A stretch of 21,455 bases of DNA, from positions 1 through 21,455 of the forward strand of contig JANPEF010000132.1 in the NCBI GenBank assembly GCA_031431875.1. The letters are read 5' to 3'. Shown one piece after another: positions 1-7,999 of this stretch (the first letter of the stretch is position 1; each line of letters begins with the position of its first letter). Position numbers and translations under genes: made by a program. Under the pieces are notes generated by a model. It saw nothing but the letters and a program-made list of their open reading frames with translations, was not told where the DNA came from and ran no database searches. Source of the stretch: Candidatus Eiseniibacteriota bacterium. Lineage in GTDB: Bacteria > Eisenbacteria > RBG-16-71-46 > DASYSL01.

Positions 1-611
1 GCCGCCAGCGACTGCTTCGCGGGGCTCACCATCGGCTTCGCCGCGGCCACGTTCGGACGGAGCGACGGCGCAGCGGGAGTGAGCTTCGCCGCATGTGTCG
101 GCGGCGGCGTCGACCTCGTCGGCGGCGTTACGGCGGCCTTCGGACCCGACGTGACGACAGGACGCGCGACACTCGACTTCGACATCCGCTCCGCGGTCGA
201 GGGCATGGACTTCGCCACCGGGGCCGGCTTCGTCGCCACCGGAGCCGGCTTCGCCGTGGTGCGCGATGCCGACACCGTCATGCCGTAATCCTTCGCGTTG
301 GCGACCGCGATCGGGCGGTCGGCCGCGCCGGGCTTCGCGGCAGTCGCGGTCTTCCCGACCGACGGGATGGTCGTCGCCGGCTTGCGCTGCTCCGGCGGCA
401 CGTACATGACCGGCAGCTTCGTGTTGCGCGGCCGGGATCCGCTGGTCGTCGCGACCCTTGCCGGCACGCTCTTCACCGTCGACTCCGTCGGCTTCGACTT
501 CGTGGCCGTGGCCTCCTCCGTCGCGCGGACGACACCGGCGCCGAACAGGGCACAGGCGAAGAGCACGATGGCGCCGATCGCATGGACCCGGGCGTTATTT
601 CTTCCCTTCAT
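1..611 (-). CDS. Secreted protein with long Pro/Ala/Thr/Lys/Ser-rich N-terminal region, in the pilP position; runs off the window edge
   Basis: Not in the ORF track because it has no stop in the window. ATG at 611-609 follows GGAGG and overlaps the pilO 3' end. Manual translation gives MKGRNNARVHAIGAIVLFACALFGAGVVRA-TEEATATKSKP..., open to position 1. PilP identity is inferred from gene order only. Confidence 0.75.
   Translation of the reverse strand, partial: MKGRNNARVHAIGAIVLFACALFGAGVVRATEEATATKSKPTESTVKSVPARVATTSGSRPRNTKLPVMYVPPEQRKPATTIPSVGKTATAAKPGAADRPIAVANAKDYGMTVSASRTTAKPAPVATKPAPVAKSMPSTAERMSKSSVARPVVTSGPKAAVTPPTRSTPPPTHAAKLTPAAPSLRPNVAAAKPMVSPAKQSLA
212..253. repeat. 21-bp tandem repeat x2 (encodes KPAPVA twice)
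   Basis: tcgccaccggggccggcttcg / tcgccaccggagccggcttcg, one mismatch. Confidence 0.8.
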
Positions 612-1251
612 CGGTGCCTCCCTGGCCCGCGGCCTTCTTCTCACTCTTGGCCTGCTGTGCCGCGGCGGCCGCGTTGGGATCGAGCGTGTACGCCGTCACC
701 GTGAAGCGGGCTTCCGTGGTCACGCCCGCGTCCTCGTTCGCCTTCGGATTGGCGAGGACCTGCAGGTTTCCGATCTTCATGATGCGCGGCATGTTCGAGA
801 CCTCGGCGAGAAACTGGCCGACCTCGTGATAGCCACCGCGCACGTGCAGCTGAATGGGAATCTCGACGTAGTGCTCCTTGACCACTTCCGCGTTGGGCCG
901 GAAGCTCTCGAACTCGACGCCGCACTGCTGGCCGGCGAGCGTGATGCGCCGCAGGATGCCGGGCATCTCTTTCTCGGTCGGCAACAGCTCGGCCGCCATC
1001 TCGTAGCGCTCGTGGAGCGCCGCGAACTCGGCCTGAAAGCGTGGCAGGTCGGCGACGGACTGCCGCGCCCGCGCCAGGTCGTTTGACTTCTTGTCGAAAA
1101 TCGCCTTGAGCTCGACGATCTTCGTCGTGTTCACCGGGTAGGTGAACGGGACGTACGTCGTGGCGAAGAACACGTAGAGCGCACCGGCGCCGAGCAGTCC
1201 CGTGATGAGGGACCCCTGGACCCGGGGATCGCGCAGGTTCAACGAGGCCAT
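595..1251 (-). CDS. pilO: Type IV pilus alignment protein PilO
   Basis: N-terminal TM helix, coiled coil, LLPTEKEMPGIL, and YVEIPIQLHVRGGYHEVGQFLAEVSNMPRI typical of PilO; directly follows pilM-pilN; GAGGGG RBS. Confidence 0.93.
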   Translation of the reverse strand: MASLNLRDPRVQGSLITGLLGAGALYVFFATTYVPFTYPVNTTKIVELKAIFDKKSNDLARARQSVADLPRFQAEFAALHERYEMAAELLPTEKEMPGILRRITLAGQQCGVEFESFRPNAEVVKEHYVEIPIQLHVRGGYHEVGQFLAEVSNMPRIMKIGNLQVLANPKANEDAGVTTEARFTVTAYTLDPNAAAAAQQAKSEKKAAGQGGTDEGKK

Positions 1252-1260
1252 CGACCCCTC

Positions 1261-1863
1261 CTAGCGGTCGCCCGGAGCCGATTCGGCCGGGGTCAGGTTC
1301 ATGGTGAGCTTGAACTGGACGACATCCACCTCGTCGATGATGCCGCGCGAGGACGAGCCGAGCGCGACGTTCGAGAACAGCGGTGAGCGATCCAGGCGGA
1401 TCATGAGGTCGGCGATGATCAGGTTCGAGAACGTGACGCCCTCGAGCGTGATCGCGCTGCCGTCGCCCATCATCGTGGACAGCCACATGTGATCGGGAAT
1501 GGCGCGGTCGAGCTCATCGACCAGGCGCACCGAGTCGAAGCGCCCGCGCGACAGCTGGTCGATGAGCGACAGCCGCATGTCGAGGTCGGCGCGTTCCCGC
1601 GACAGCCGCTCGACCATGGCGATCTGCGGCGCGAGGACCCGCGACTCCTCCTCGACACGCGCGACTTCGCCCGCGAGCATGTGGATCTGGGCCTGCTGGT
1701 GGACGATCGTTCCCACGATCGCGACCAGCACGCCGGCGACGATGGCGAGCGGGAACAGGAGACCCGCAGGGCCGCCCGACTTCGCGCCACCGGCCTTGTG
1801 CTTCTTGACCTTGCGTGCCTTCTGGCCCCTCTCCTCGAGGGGCATCAGGTTGATGCGGATCAC
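1261..1863 (-). CDS. pilN: Type IV pilus alignment protein PilN
   Basis: N-terminal IRINLMP (INLLP-type PilM-binding motif), TM helix, coiled coil, IPDHMWL and SPLFSNVAL; GTGA overlap with the pilM stop. Confidence 0.93.
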   Translation of the reverse strand: MIRINLMPLEERGQKARKVKKHKAGGAKSGGPAGLLFPLAIVAGVLVAIVGTIVHQQAQIHMLAGEVARVEEESRVLAPQIAMVERLSRERADLDMRLSLIDQLSRGRFDSVRLVDELDRAIPDHMWLSTMMGDGSAITLEGVTFSNLIIADLMIRLDRSPLFSNVALGSSSRGIIDEVDVVQFKLTMNLTPAESAPGDR

Positions 1864-2909
1864 TTGTCGCCCACCTTTCTGAGGGCCAGGCCGATGCCCA
1901 CCGTCAGGAACGGAGCGACCGAGGCCGCATCCTGATCACCGAAGAGTCCTGGGTCGTACTGGATCCGATTGAGCGGATTCGCCACCTCCGTCGGCACCGC
2001 GAAACGGTTCGACAGGAAGGGCACCAACCCGGGCGTCAGCGCCGAGCCGCCGCACAGCATGAGGCGCGAAATGAGGCCGGCCTCGCCGGTCGTGCGCAGG
2101 TACGCCTGCGCGCGCTCCAGCGCGGTGGCCAGGCCCTCGCAGGCCTGCTCGACCACGGGAACCACGTCGATGTCCGGCACCTTGCCGCGGACCGCCTGGA
2201 TGGCCTGCTCCTGCGACACGTTGTAGCGCCGCTGCACGGCGTCGACGAACGTGTGACCGCCGAGCTGGAGATCCTTCGTGAAGTAGGGCACGCCGTTCTG
2301 CACGATGTTGATGTTCGTGATCTCGGCCCCGACGTTGAGGATGGCGATCACCTCGTCCGGGGTGAAGTCGTAGTTGGCGGCGAGCGCGTTCTGGATCGCG
2401 AACGAGTCGACGTCGATGACCACCGGCGACAGGCCCGCCTCGCGAATCAGGTCGGCGAAGGTGAGCACCATGTCCTTCTTCGCGGCCACCAGCAGGACCT
2501 GCATCTGCTTGTCGTCCTGCGGCGAGTCGCCCAGGATCTCGAAGTCGAGCGAGACGTCGTTGATGTCGTACGGGACGTGCTGCTCGGCTTCCCAGACGAT
2601 CGCCTGCTGCGCGTCCTCGGCCGACAGCTTGTTCATCGCGATCTTCTTGACGATGACGGCACGGCCGGACACGGCGGCGACCACGTTTTTGGTCTTCACT
2701 CCGCGGGATTCGAGCAGGTTCGCGATCGCATCGGTGACCAGCTGGCGGTCCATGATTTCGCCGTCGACGATGGCCTCGGACATGGGCTCCGAGATGCCGT
2801 AGTTGACGAGCCTGTGCCCACCGTTGGGCAACGTCTCGATCTCGACCACCTTGACCGAGTAGCTCCCGATGTCGAGTCCGACGAGGGACTCCTTCTTGCG
2901 GAAGAACAT
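1860..2909 (-). CDS. pilM: Type IV pilus assembly protein PilM (FtsA/actin-like)
   Basis: VGLDIGSYSVKVV, EAEQHVPY, LLVAAKKD, LCGGSA and VGIGLALR motifs. Start moved to ATG 2909 (MFFRKK), which follows GGGAG. Confidence 0.96.
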   Translation of the reverse strand: MFFRKKESLVGLDIGSYSVKVVEIETLPNGGHRLVNYGISEPMSEAIVDGEIMDRQLVTDAIANLLESRGVKTKNVVAAVSGRAVIVKKIAMNKLSAEDAQQAIVWEAEQHVPYDINDVSLDFEILGDSPQDDKQMQVLLVAAKKDMVLTFADLIREAGLSPVVIDVDSFAIQNALAANYDFTPDEVIAILNVGAEITNINIVQNGVPYFTKDLQLGGHTFVDAVQRRYNVSQEQAIQAVRGKVPDIDVVPVVEQACEGLATALERAQAYLRTTGEAGLISRLMLCGGSALTPGLVPFLSNRFAVPTEVANPLNRIQYDPGLFGDQDAASVAPFLTVGIGLALRKVGDK

Positions 2910-3166
2910 GCGCTTCGCTCCCTGAAGCCGGGCGCCCTTCGCCATCGGGGCACGCGTGGTGGAATGCCTCCGGCGGTCGCGTTTCCTTCGCTTCCGCCGG
3001 AAGGGATCGAGGCGCGGGGAACCGCGTCCTCGTGGTCACCCGGGTTTTCGGCCCGGGTTCGTGCAACTTGAGCTTGGATTCGCCTCGTTCTCCATCCCGC
3101 GGCGTCAGCCGCGGAGGCCGTTCGTGCATTCGGCACGAACCAGGTCGTGCGCCCGTTGCAACATCG

Positions 3167-3997
3167 CTACGGCAGGAGGAAGAGGCCCCCATACCAGCGC
3201 CAGATGGCCGGTCCCAGCACCCCGGTGAGCACCGCCGCCGGAGCGAGGAACGTGCCGAACGGCAATGCGGTCCGGCCGTCGCCGCGGCGCACGGCGACGA
3301 TCACGGCGCCGACCAGCGTGCCGGCGGCCGCCGCCGCAAAGATGGTGAGGAACACCCCGGGCCAGCCGAGGAACGCCCCGATCATGAGAGCCAACTTGAC
3401 GTCGCCGCCGCCCAGGCCGTCGACGCCGGTCGCACGGCGATACGCCCAGGCGACGAGCCACAACGCGCCGCCACCGGCGAGTGCGCCGACCAGCCCCTCG
3501 GCCACGCCGGGCCAGGTGAAGCCGCGGGCGACGAGGCCCACGAGCGTGCCGCCGAGCGAGATCTCGTCGGGAATGATGCGGTGATCCCAGTCGATGAAAG
3601 CGACGGCGAGCAGCGCCAGCGCGAAGAGGAGCGCCGGGGCCAGCGCGGTGCGCGGTCCCAGCTCGGCGGCCAACGCGACGACGAGGACGCCGGCGGCCAG
3701 CTCGACGGCGGGATAGCGCCACGGGATCGCCGTAAGACAGTCCCGACAGCGCCCGCCCAGGGCGAGCCATGAGAGGACCGGCACGTTGTCGAACGGGCGA
3801 ATGCGATGACCGCACGCCGGGCAGGCCGAGGGCGGCGCGACGATCGACTGCCCGAGCGGAAGTCGGTGAATCACCACATTGAGGAACGAGCCGAAGCACA
3901 GCCCGAGCGCGAACAGCGTCAGGTACGCCAGAGGCGTGAACGTCGCGCCCGCCACGGCCAGGCCCCACGGCGACCAATTCCAGAAGTCGGCGCTCAC
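3167..3997 (-). CDS. pilD: Prepilin peptidase / N-methyltransferase (A24)
   Basis: GSFLNVVIHRLP, two CxxC motifs (CPAC, CRDC), catalytic Asp motifs FIDWD and GGGDVKL, PFGTFL; GTG start overlaps the upstream TGA (GTGA). Confidence 0.96.
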   Translation of the reverse strand: MSADFWNWSPWGLAVAGATFTPLAYLTLFALGLCFGSFLNVVIHRLPLGQSIVAPPSACPACGHRIRPFDNVPVLSWLALGGRCRDCLTAIPWRYPAVELAAGVLVVALAAELGPRTALAPALLFALALLAVAFIDWDHRIIPDEISLGGTLVGLVARGFTWPGVAEGLVGALAGGGALWLVAWAYRRATGVDGLGGGDVKLALMIGAFLGWPGVFLTIFAAAAAGTLVGAVIVAVRRGDGRTALPFGTFLAPAAVLTGVLGPAIWRWYGGLFLLP

Positions 3998-4875
3998 GTC
4001 GCGCTCCGCGGACCCTGGCGCGACGAGACCTTCTGCCCGTCGCGGGTCGGCTCCGGGACCGTGTCGTCGTGAACGGATCCCGGGGCCGGGGAAGCGTCGA
4101 GAGGCCCTGCCCCCGGAATGCCGCCGACGAGCGCTGGGAGCTCCTTCGCCCACACCTCGAGGTTCTTCTGCTGCGGCGTGCCCTTGACCAGGCGCCGCAG
4201 GTACTCGATCGCCTTGTCGCGAATCACGGCATTGTCCGTCGTCTCGGCGACGTGGCGCCACAGCTCGAACGCGACCGCGTCGTACCCGGCCCGCTGGCCC
4301 GACCACGCAGCGAAGCGTTCGCAGTAGTCGGGGGCTTCGGGCTGGCGTGCGGCCTGCGCGAAGTCGAAGGTCGCGCGGGTCAGGTCCCGCTTGCCCACGT
4401 AGTGCACGAAGCCCAATTGGAACGGGTAGATCCACTCGTGGGGGTTGGCCCGCATTCCCTTCTCGAGCAGGCGCACCCCTGCGTCGAACTGCTTGCCCTC
4501 CTGGCACAGGGACGTCCCGCCGAACACGTAGGCACTGCGGAATCCTGGATCGAGCGACGTGATGATGTCGAACACGTGCGCCATGTGGGTGAATACGTTG
4601 TCGACCTGGCGACGGTGACCGTAGTACTGCACGCCACGCAGCCACATGAGGTCGGCCCATGCGGTCGCCTCACCGAAGGAGGCCTGCTGCAGCCACGTCC
4701 CCGACGGGTAGTAGGCGAGCTCGCCCAGCGGCTCGGGCCGGGGCAGGCGTTCCTCTGCCACGCGCAACTGCGCGAAAGAGGCGGCCGCCGCGAGGACAAA
4801 CACACCAGTGGCGAGGAGGTTGTTGCGCCGCGCGCGGCGATCCGCCGGACGGCGTGCCGAGGACCCGCCGCTCAC
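3994..4875 (-). CDS. Membrane-anchored TPR-like pilus accessory protein (Myxococcus PilG / Geobacter XapA-like)
   Basis: Coding part of the 648-aa ORF begins at GTG 4875 (GTGA overlap). N-terminal hydrophobic segment, ADLMWLRGVQYYG, ITSLDPGF and LLEKGMRANPHEWIYPFQLGF helical repeats; adjacent to the pilus ABC genes. Confidence 0.75.
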   Translation of the reverse strand: MSGGSSARRPADRRARRNNLLATGVFVLAAAASFAQLRVAEERLPRPEPLGELAYYPSGTWLQQASFGEATAWADLMWLRGVQYYGHRRQVDNVFTHMAHVFDIITSLDPGFRSAYVFGGTSLCQEGKQFDAGVRLLEKGMRANPHEWIYPFQLGFVHYVGKRDLTRATFDFAQAARQPEAPDYCERFAAWSGQRAGYDAVAFELWRHVAETTDNAVIRDKAIEYLRRLVKGTPQQKNLEVWAKELPALVGGIPGAGPLDASPAPGSVHDDTVPEPTRDGQKVSSRQGPRSAT

Positions 4876-5639
4876 TTGAGTTCCCGGCGCTCGAACGCGA
4901 CGACCGCGAGCGACAGGGCCGCCGCGGTGTACGTCGCCGCGTAGCCGACGGCCAGCGCGAGGTGCAGGAGCGTGGTGCCCTCGCCGTGCGCGACCTGGGA
5001 ACGCAAGTTGAAGATCTCGAGGTTTGGCACGACATACGAGGCGACCCGCAGCGCTTCGCCGGCGAAGCCAGGGATCTGCGCGGCGAAGCTCCTCAGGTCG
5101 TTGGTCCAGAAACCGGTCGCGTACAGGCCCAGCGTATAGAGCACCGACAGCACCGGCGTCGACAGCGACGAGAAGAGGACCGCGAGGGCTGCCAGCACGA
5201 CGTTGGCGCAGGCGATCATGAATCCCGCCTGGATGAGCGGCCCGACGATCGACGGCCCGCGGACCGAGACCCCCACCGCCATGAGAATCACGGTCATCGC
5301 CGCGACCGCGGTCGCCATCGTGGCGGCGAGCCCCGCCCACTTGCCGACCAGGTACTGACCGCGGCCGATCGGACGGGAGAGGACGATGTGGATGGTGCGC
5401 CGCTCGATCTCCTTGTGGACCAGTTGCGTGCCGACCAGGACGACGATCGCGATTCCGATCAACCCCAGCGCCGAGAGACCCAGGTCGACGGTGATGCGCG
5501 GTCCCTCGCCGAGCGCGATCGGAGAAATGACGCGCGACAGGACGAGCACGGCTCCACCGAAGATGAGGACGAGGAACAGGACCCGGTCGCGGACTGCCTC
5601 GCGAAACGTGCCGCGGGCGACGACAAAGATGGCGTTCAT
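4872..5639 (-). CDS. ABC-2 type permease (Myxococcus PilI-like)
   Basis: MNAIFVVARGTFREAVRDRV, KEIERRTIHIVLSRPIGRGQYLVGK, about 6 TM helices, C-terminal FERREL; ATGA overlap with the ATPase stop. Confidence 0.9.
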   Translation of the reverse strand: MNAIFVVARGTFREAVRDRVLFLVLIFGGAVLVLSRVISPIALGEGPRITVDLGLSALGLIGIAIVVLVGTQLVHKEIERRTIHIVLSRPIGRGQYLVGKWAGLAATMATAVAAMTVILMAVGVSVRGPSIVGPLIQAGFMIACANVVLAALAVLFSSLSTPVLSVLYTLGLYATGFWTNDLRSFAAQIPGFAGEALRVASYVVPNLEIFNLRSQVAHGEGTTLLHLALAVGYAATYTAAALSLAVVAFERRELK

Positions 5640-6706
5640 CGGCCGGCCTTCCGCACGCGGGGCGTCGCATCGGCGTCGCGCTCGGGCTCGCCGCCCACGT
5701 TGTGGGCGCCCTGGAACATCTCCATGAACAGGTCCTCGAGCGAGCGGCGCCGGGGAACGAGCGCCTGCACCTCGTGCCCGTGGGCAACGAGCCAGGAGAC
5801 CAGCGCGGAGGCGCGGCCGCCGTCGGCCAGCGCGATGCGCACGCGCCCGCCCGTGGCCTCCATCGTGGCGCCAATGAACTCGGGCGGAAGGGCCAGCGTG
5901 CCCCGCGGCACGACCACGATCTCGGCGCCGGATTCGCCACGGGCGAGCAGGTCGTCCATCGTGCCCTCGGCGAGCAGGCGGCCGGCGCGCAGGATGGCGA
6001 CCCGGTCGCACAGCGTCTCGACGTCGTGCAGGATGTGGCTCGAGAAGACGACGGTGACGCCGTCCTTCTTCAGCTCGCGCATCAGTTCCGACACCTCGTG
6101 CCGGCCGATCGGATCGAGCCCGGTCATCGGCTCATCGAGGAAGAGCAGGCGCGGGCGCCCCATGAGCGCGTGCGCCAGGCCCGCGCGCTGCAGCATCCCC
6201 TTCGAGTACTTCCGCAGCCGCACGTTCGCCGACGGCCCCAGCCCGACCCGCTCGATGAGCGAGCGCGCCTGCGCGCATGCGGCCGCCCGACCGAGTCCGG
6301 CGAGCTCGCCCGAGTACTCGAGGAACTCGAGGCCGCTCAGGTGGTCGTAGAAGTACGGGTTCTCCGGGAGGAAGCCGACGTCGACGCGGCTCTCGGGCGT
6401 GCCCGCTGGCTGGCCCAGCAGTCGGGCGTGGCCCCGGGTCGCCGGGAGCAGACCGAGGAGCATGCGCAGGGTCGTCGTCTTGCCGGCGCCGTTCGGACCC
6501 AGGAGGCCAAACGCCCCCCCTTCGGGGACGACGAACGAAACCGCTTCGACCGCGGTCTTGACCCGCCGGGTCCAGTGGTGGCGGAAGTCCTTGCCGAGGC
6601 CGTCGACGCGGACGGCCGACCGGTCGGAAGCTGGCCGGTGGGCCGGTCCCGACGGGACCATCATGGCCGGGCGGGTTCCTGAAACGAGTTGAAGGATCGT
6701 TCCCAT
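5636..6706 (-). CDS. ABC transporter ATP-binding protein (Myxococcus PilH-like)
   Basis: Walker A GPNGAGKTT, signature YSKGMLQR, Walker B LLFLDEP, H-loop SSH. Confidence 0.95.
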   Translation of the reverse strand: MGTILQLVSGTRPAMMVPSGPAHRPASDRSAVRVDGLGKDFRHHWTRRVKTAVEAVSFVVPEGGAFGLLGPNGAGKTTTLRMLLGLLPATRGHARLLGQPAGTPESRVDVGFLPENPYFYDHLSGLEFLEYSGELAGLGRAAACAQARSLIERVGLGPSANVRLRKYSKGMLQRAGLAHALMGRPRLLFLDEPMTGLDPIGRHEVSELMRELKKDGVTVVFSSHILHDVETLCDRVAILRAGRLLAEGTMDDLLARGESGAEIVVVPRGTLALPPEFIGATMEATGGRVRIALADGGRASALVSWLVAHGHEVQALVPRRRSLEDLFMEMFQGAHNVGGEPERDADATPRVRKAGR

Positions 6707-6783
6707 CGTTCGTTCCTGTCGTCAGTTGTGCGGACGATCCCGGGCGATCCATCGCTCCGAGCGGGAGTTCTGAACAGGCAAGA

Positions 6784-6799
6784 TGCACGGCCCGTGCCA
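6784..6799 (-). promoter_or_regulatory. Sigma-54 (-24/-12) promoter upstream of the ABC-pilG-pilD block
   Basis: Minus strand TGGCACGGGCCGTGCA = GG-N10-GC with perfect TGGCAC; intergenic, 77 nt before ATG 6706. Confidence 0.7.
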
Positions 6800-6808
6800 C
6801 AAATGTGG

Positions 6809-6840
6809 ACGCCCCGGCCTGCCGCAGCGGGCCGGGGCGT
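6809..6840. terminator. GC-rich hairpin downstream of the second pilin
   Basis: ACGCCCCGGCCTGC-CGCA-GCGGGCCGGGGCGT, 14-bp stem with one mismatch, 24 nt after the pilA2 stop; the U-tract on the minus strand is weak. Confidence 0.65.
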
Positions 6841-6864
6841 TTGATTGGTCTTTCCGCGCGGCTG

Positions 6865-7299
6865 CTACATCCCGGTGCGCAGGGTCTGATTCAGCTGCGT
6901 GCCGTCGGTGCCGTTGCCCTTGACCTGGTACGAGTCTGGCGTCGCCGGGTTGAAGCAAAGTTCGCCGGCGCTTCCGCCCGTCGGGTCGGCGTCGAACTGG
7001 ACGACCGAGGGCACTCCCGTGAACGGATTGTCGGGAAAGCTCGCGAACGGCACATGCTGCTCGAGCGTCTGACCGGCATCGGAAAGGTCGGTGGCGTCGT
7101 CGGGATAACGACCACCGGAAACGGCGGCGAAGTCCTCGGCTGCGATCTGCATCACGTGCATGTTGGTCTTGACCGACGCTTCCTTGGCGCGTCCCACGAT
7201 CGAGATGAAGTTCGGAATCGCCACCGAGGCCAGGAGCCCGATGATGACGACCACGATCATGAGCTCGATGAGGGTGAAGCCCTTGCGGTTGAGGATCAC
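6865..7299 (-). CDS. pilA: Type IVa pilin 2 (prepilin, 144 aa)
   Basis: Class III signal peptide MILNRKG/FTLIELMIVVVIIGLLASVAIPNF with Glu+5 and Pro22; GTG 7299 follows GGGAG. Confidence 0.92.
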   Translation of the reverse strand: MILNRKGFTLIELMIVVVIIGLLASVAIPNFISIVGRAKEASVKTNMHVMQIAAEDFAAVSGGRYPDDATDLSDAGQTLEQHVPFASFPDNPFTGVPSVVQFDADPTGGSAGELCFNPATPDSYQVKGNGTDGTQLNQTLRTGM

Positions 7300-7327
7300 G
7301 ACGCGCTCCCTGTGGCGGAGGAACGGA

Positions 7328-7353
7328 ACGGGGGCGCCGGTCGGCGCCCCCGT
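7328..7353 (-). terminator. Perfect hairpin between the two pilin genes (attenuator / mRNA stabiliser)
   Basis: ACGGGGGCGCC-GACC-GGCGCCCCCGT on the minus strand, followed by TCCGTTCC; 16 nt after the pilA1 stop. Confidence 0.7.
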
Positions 7354-7369
7354 CTCCACGTTCACTCGA

Positions 7370-7777
7370 CTACTGGCCCGAGGTCAGCACCAGCGTCAGG
7401 GCCGCCGACTTGCCGTGGCCCTTGATGTTGTACTCGGTCTGCGACGAGTCGCAGTACGAGGTGATGCCCGAGGTCGCCGTCGCCGGCTGGGTGTAGACCG
7501 CGCGGTTCTCGAGCGAGGTCGAGGCAGAGTTGAACGGATTGGCGAAGCTCGCCGGCGTCGAGATGCCCACGCTGCTGGCGGGATACGCGCCATCCGCACG
7601 GACCGCGGCGTCTTCTGCGCCGAGCTGGACGGTGTGCATGTTGGCCTTGGTCGAGCCTTCCTTCGCGCGGTCCTGCATGGCGACGAAGTTCGGAATCGCG
7701 ATGGCGGCCAGGATACCGATGATCACGACCACGATCATGAGCTCGATCAGCGTGAAGCCCTTCTGATTACGCAGCAT
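7370..7777 (-). CDS. pilA: Type IVa major pilin candidate (prepilin, 135 aa)
   Basis: MLRNQKG/FTLIELMIVVVIIGILAAIAIPNF; very strong RBS AAGGAGGAGG; directly behind a sigma-54 promoter and pilSR. Confidence 0.96.
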   Translation of the reverse strand: MLRNQKGFTLIELMIVVVIIGILAAIAIPNFVAMQDRAKEGSTKANMHTVQLGAEDAAVRADGAYPASSVGISTPASFANPFNSASTSLENRAVYTQPATATSGITSYCDSSQTEYNIKGHGKSAALTLVLTSGQ

Positions 7778-7854
7778 TCCGGTTCCTCCTCCTTGGAGTG
7801 GTGTAGGCCCTTCCCTCGCACGGTGCTGGTACAGCGCCCACGCCCCACAGCAAG

Positions 7855-7870
7855 TGCAACCGCCGTGCCA
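7855..7870 (-). promoter_or_regulatory. Sigma-54 (-24/-12) promoter of pilA
   Basis: Minus strand TGGCACGGCGGTTGCA, a full match to TGGCAC-N5-TTGC(A/T); next to the sigma-54 activator gene pilR. Confidence 0.9.
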
Positions 7871-7897
7871 TTCAGGCGAAGCCATGGGTTGAAGCCA

Positions 7898-7910
7898 CAA
7901 GCCATTGTTG
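7898..7910 (-). promoter_or_regulatory. Putative IHF-binding site
   Basis: Minus strand CAACAATGGCTTG versus consensus WATCAANNNNTTR (core CAA-N4-TTG matches), in a locally AT-richer patch about 30-40 bp upstream of the -24 element. Confidence 0.4.
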
Positions 7911-7999
7911 GCCTGTATGTTACGATCTCCGTTTCAACCTTGGCCGCGCTTCGCGCGGCCGGAATAGACCGCTTTTTGCCCGCTGCCTCCGGCCAGCTC

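Noticed and set aside
3030..3070. c-di-GMP-I riboswitch before pilM (stem with GAAA-containing loop followed by GAC)
   Set aside because: Lacks the GCAAA junction and the CUAA/UAUG-type tetraloop receptor; kept only as an unclassified structured leader.
3994..6011. Track ORFs of 648, 497 and 379 aa suggesting long N-terminal extensions or overlapping genes
   Set aside because: The extensions overlap upstream genes out of frame; GTGA/ATGA coupled starts at 3997, 4875 and 5639 give normal-length proteins.
6865..7777. Electrically conductive (e-pili) pilins, suggested by the Geobacter-like gene order
   Set aside because: Pilin 1 has only 8 F/Y/W in 128 mature residues with none between positions 24 and 58; both pilins lack the Tyr27-type aromatic and are full length.
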